DNA from: Octopus bimaculoides
Taxonomy: Eukaryota
Length of the DNA stretch: 52,814 nt
Direction of reading: 5' to 3'
Assembly (NCBI RefSeq): GCF_001194135.2
Contig: NC_068985.1
Coordinates: 60,733,392-60,786,205, forward strand
Shown: one piece after another, positions 49,956-52,814 of the stretch
How positions within the stretch are numbered: position 1 is the first letter of the stretch
How the letters are laid out: every line of letters begins with the position of its first letter
Made by a program: the position numbers and the translations under genes
The notes under the pieces: generated by a model
What the model was told of the DNA's origin: nothing
The model's database searches: none
What the model saw: only the letters and a program-made list of their open reading frames with translations

Positions 49956-51495
49956 ATTTGTAACTAAAGTTTAACTGTAATAAACAAAAGGCTGTGAACT
50001 TTCATTTAGCTGAATGGTACCTTTATAACCTGGCCAGCTATAATTCTCACATATCAAAGATGCTCATAATAAATGTCTTTTATTTTTTAATTAACAAATA
50101 ACTGAAATTATCGAAACCAAATGGCATCTAATTCTATGAATTATCAAATTACTTGAAACACTGATAACTTTTGGACAAATTTCAAATTGATTTTTGAAGT
50201 GATTAGTAAGGGTTTCTCTTTTCATCAAAGATCTGCAACTTAGAAAGATTTTTCTACGATTTAAGCAGATGTTTAAATGTGAAGAAGGAAGTCTAAATTA
50301 ACTAAAGTAGAATTATCAAGTATAAAACTGAGATGAAGTTTCATCTTGGAAATATTTGATCTTCACAATGTAACAACTGAATTTCTATTGACAAAATTTC
50401 TGATTTTAGTTTTGCATTTTAGCACTTGGGACACCCCTTTGATGAAATACTTATATACTGTTTTACTGCTTAACAAACAATTTGATGCATTACCTTTTGA
50501 GAGAACTACAGCTATTTCATAATTATTTACAGAATTAGATAGAAATAAATGTAATGAAGAATAACATCCTTTGAAAGCTGTAAATCACCCCTAACTGTAG
50601 TAGGGTTACAAATATGAATTAAACACAAAGTTGTAAACTACACAAACACAAGCAAATGATAAAGACTATGTCTTGATCACTAATCCTGCTTGAAACAACA
50701 ATCAAATTTCTCTCAAATCATACCCTACATGATTAATATATCTAAGGACACAATGGATAATGCTGCCTAAAATAATAAAGGGGTGACCATAACTGGAATA
50801 TTTTTGATCAAAGTCTACTCTATGAAGTCTCACCTGGGGCTAAACATCAACTATTTAACAATGACATTGTTAAAAGATCAATTAAAAATATCAGGTATTA
50901 AATAAGATTAAAAGAAATTAAATGTTGTTGTTTAGCACCAGGTCAGTTTTATTCAGTGTATACAATCAAATATATTTCAAACATAGTGTACCTAGGACTA
51001 CATTATATAACTGATTTTTAAGTTGGTGGGTTTTGGTATAAGGGAGATTTGACTATCCTTTCTAAACACCAACCATTGTTTAAATCAGTTAAAAGTATTA
51101 GTATTTTAAAAAAGAAAAGACCAAAAGCAAAAAAAAGTATATCATGTCAGAGAAGAAGAGTTTTTCAAATGAAGGTAAAAACAGGTTGAAACATGTCAAA
51201 CATTTTAAAGATTTCTTTAATTAAAGAACGGAAAGATTGACATCTAGAGAAGAGCCACTGTAAAAAACAAACAAACAAAATCCCTAAAATTAAAACTATT
51301 AAGTGCCTAAGTTGTGCTTAATTAATAAATACAAAATCAGGTATTGGCAAAGTAAAAACTGAAAAATTTGTTATTATTATTCATTGAAAATCAAATCCAT
51401 TGTTTGATTTTCATTTTATCAATACTCTGGTGTGTGTGTGTATGTGTATCAAATATGCAATTGAAACAATATTACAATAAAAATGTGCATAACAT

Positions 51496-51579
<84 letters not shown>

Positions 51580-51884
51580 ACACTTTTAATTGTGATATAC
51601 TGTCTCAGAGTAACTTCTCAAATAAACTTAAAACTAAAATAATACAGAGCTTGCGTTAGAATGTCATCAGCAGATAGTCAGATACCATTCTTCAACCTCA
51701 GAGACCAAGTGTAGTTAAAATACCAGGTGGATGATCAGCCTACACCATTCTGAGTGACTGCTGTGTTTTTTAATGCATAACTCCCTTTAAGAAATTTCTA
51801 GGAGACAAAATATCACAGCTAGCACCATTCTACATTGGTATGTATACTTAATAATTGTTATACACATCGTTTTACATATATATC

Positions 51885-52292
51885 TTTTACCTTTTATTTG
51901 TTTCAGTCATTAGACAGCAGCCATGCAGGGTACCACCTTGAATTTTTTGTCAAATGAATCGACCCTATTATATCTTTTTTAAGCCTATTACTTATCCTAT
52001 CAATCTCTTTTGCTGAACCACTAAGTTATGGGGATGTAAACACACCAACGCTAGTTGTCAAGCAGTGGTGGAGGACAAACACAGACAGAAAAACAGACAC
52101 ACATAGATATACATACATATATATGTACAATGGGCTTCTTTCAGTTTCTGTCTACTGAATCCACTTACAAAGCTTTGGTCAGCCTGAGGCAATTGTAGAA
52201 TTCACTTGCCCAAGGTACTACACAGTGGCACTGAACCAAGAACCATATGGTTAGAAAGCAAGCTTCTTACCACACACAGCCACACCTGTGCC
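51885..52292 (-). mobile_element. Full-length family B SINE
   Basis: tttgtttcagtca...ctaagttatggggatgtaaacacacc...gggcttctttcagtttctg...cacttgcccaaggtactacacagtgg...cttaccacacacagccacacctgtgcc. Confidence 0.85.
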
Positions 52293-52780
52293 TATATATA
52301 TATATTTAATTTTTGATTTTTATAAGAGAAAACTAGAAAGAAAGTACCCATATGTACCCTATTTCAATTTTAAAAATCAAAACCATATTTTCCTTTGGGG
52401 TTGGCAGCCTGTTTTCTATTTTCTCTCTATTGATTGACCTAATTCACTGTTTTGAACCTCACCCTCACATACCACACACTAAGTGACAACACTTAACATT
52501 GTAGAACACCCAGTTATTTCACTAGTCAAATATACATGAGAAAAATTAAGTTTAAAGATAAGAGTAAATATGTGTTAACATATATCAACATGAAAGAATG
52601 AAAGATGGCGAAATTGTTTCATAAAATAACAATTACACTGATGGATTCTCCATTTTCATCTCAAAGTTTATGGCTGATGTATTGAATAATGGAAAAAGTA
52701 ATACAACCGAGGAACAAATTTGGTAAATTTAAATGGGGGTGGGGGTGGGGGAGCAGTATAAATACCTACATATTTATATG

Positions 52781-52814
<34 letters not shown>

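Noticed and set aside
51640-51770. Possible C/D snoRNA or structured RNA in the PHLDB intron (ctga/tgatga words)
   Set aside because: The boxes are not in the correct order and there is no terminal stem.

Overview
AT-rich, microsatellite- and transposon-dense animal genomic DNA. The SINE/LINE repertoire looks like a coleoid cephalopod, most likely Octopus (inference from repeat families, not from a database search). The only host gene I can support is the 3' end of a minus-strand PHLDB1/2 (LL5)-family gene: a coiled-coil exon at 48231-48377 and the terminal PH-domain exon at 44130-44567. The rest is intron, UTR or intergenic sequence filled with decayed elements: Tc1 and mariner transposons with intact TIRs, RTE and RTE-X LINE fragments, RLE-type (R4/Dong-like) LINE fragments, an internally deleted Ty3/Gypsy element, a Penelope-like GIY-YIG fragment, MITEs and dozens of tRNA-derived SINEs. 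Most short ORFs in the track are microsatellite or antisense artefacts. The most interesting signal is a ribozyme layer. A 471-bp tandem unit at 34182-35011 carries two intact type I hammerhead ribozymes with a palindromic stem III, which is a retrozyme-like architecture predicting a 471-nt self-excised RNA that could circularise. Several other hammerhead-like motifs also occur, including a pair with an unusual extra helix at 8348-8497. No rRNA, confident tRNA gene or CRISPR array is present. Repeat boundaries are read by eye and are approximate unless a TIR or TSD is quoted. SINE family labels A, B and C are my own.
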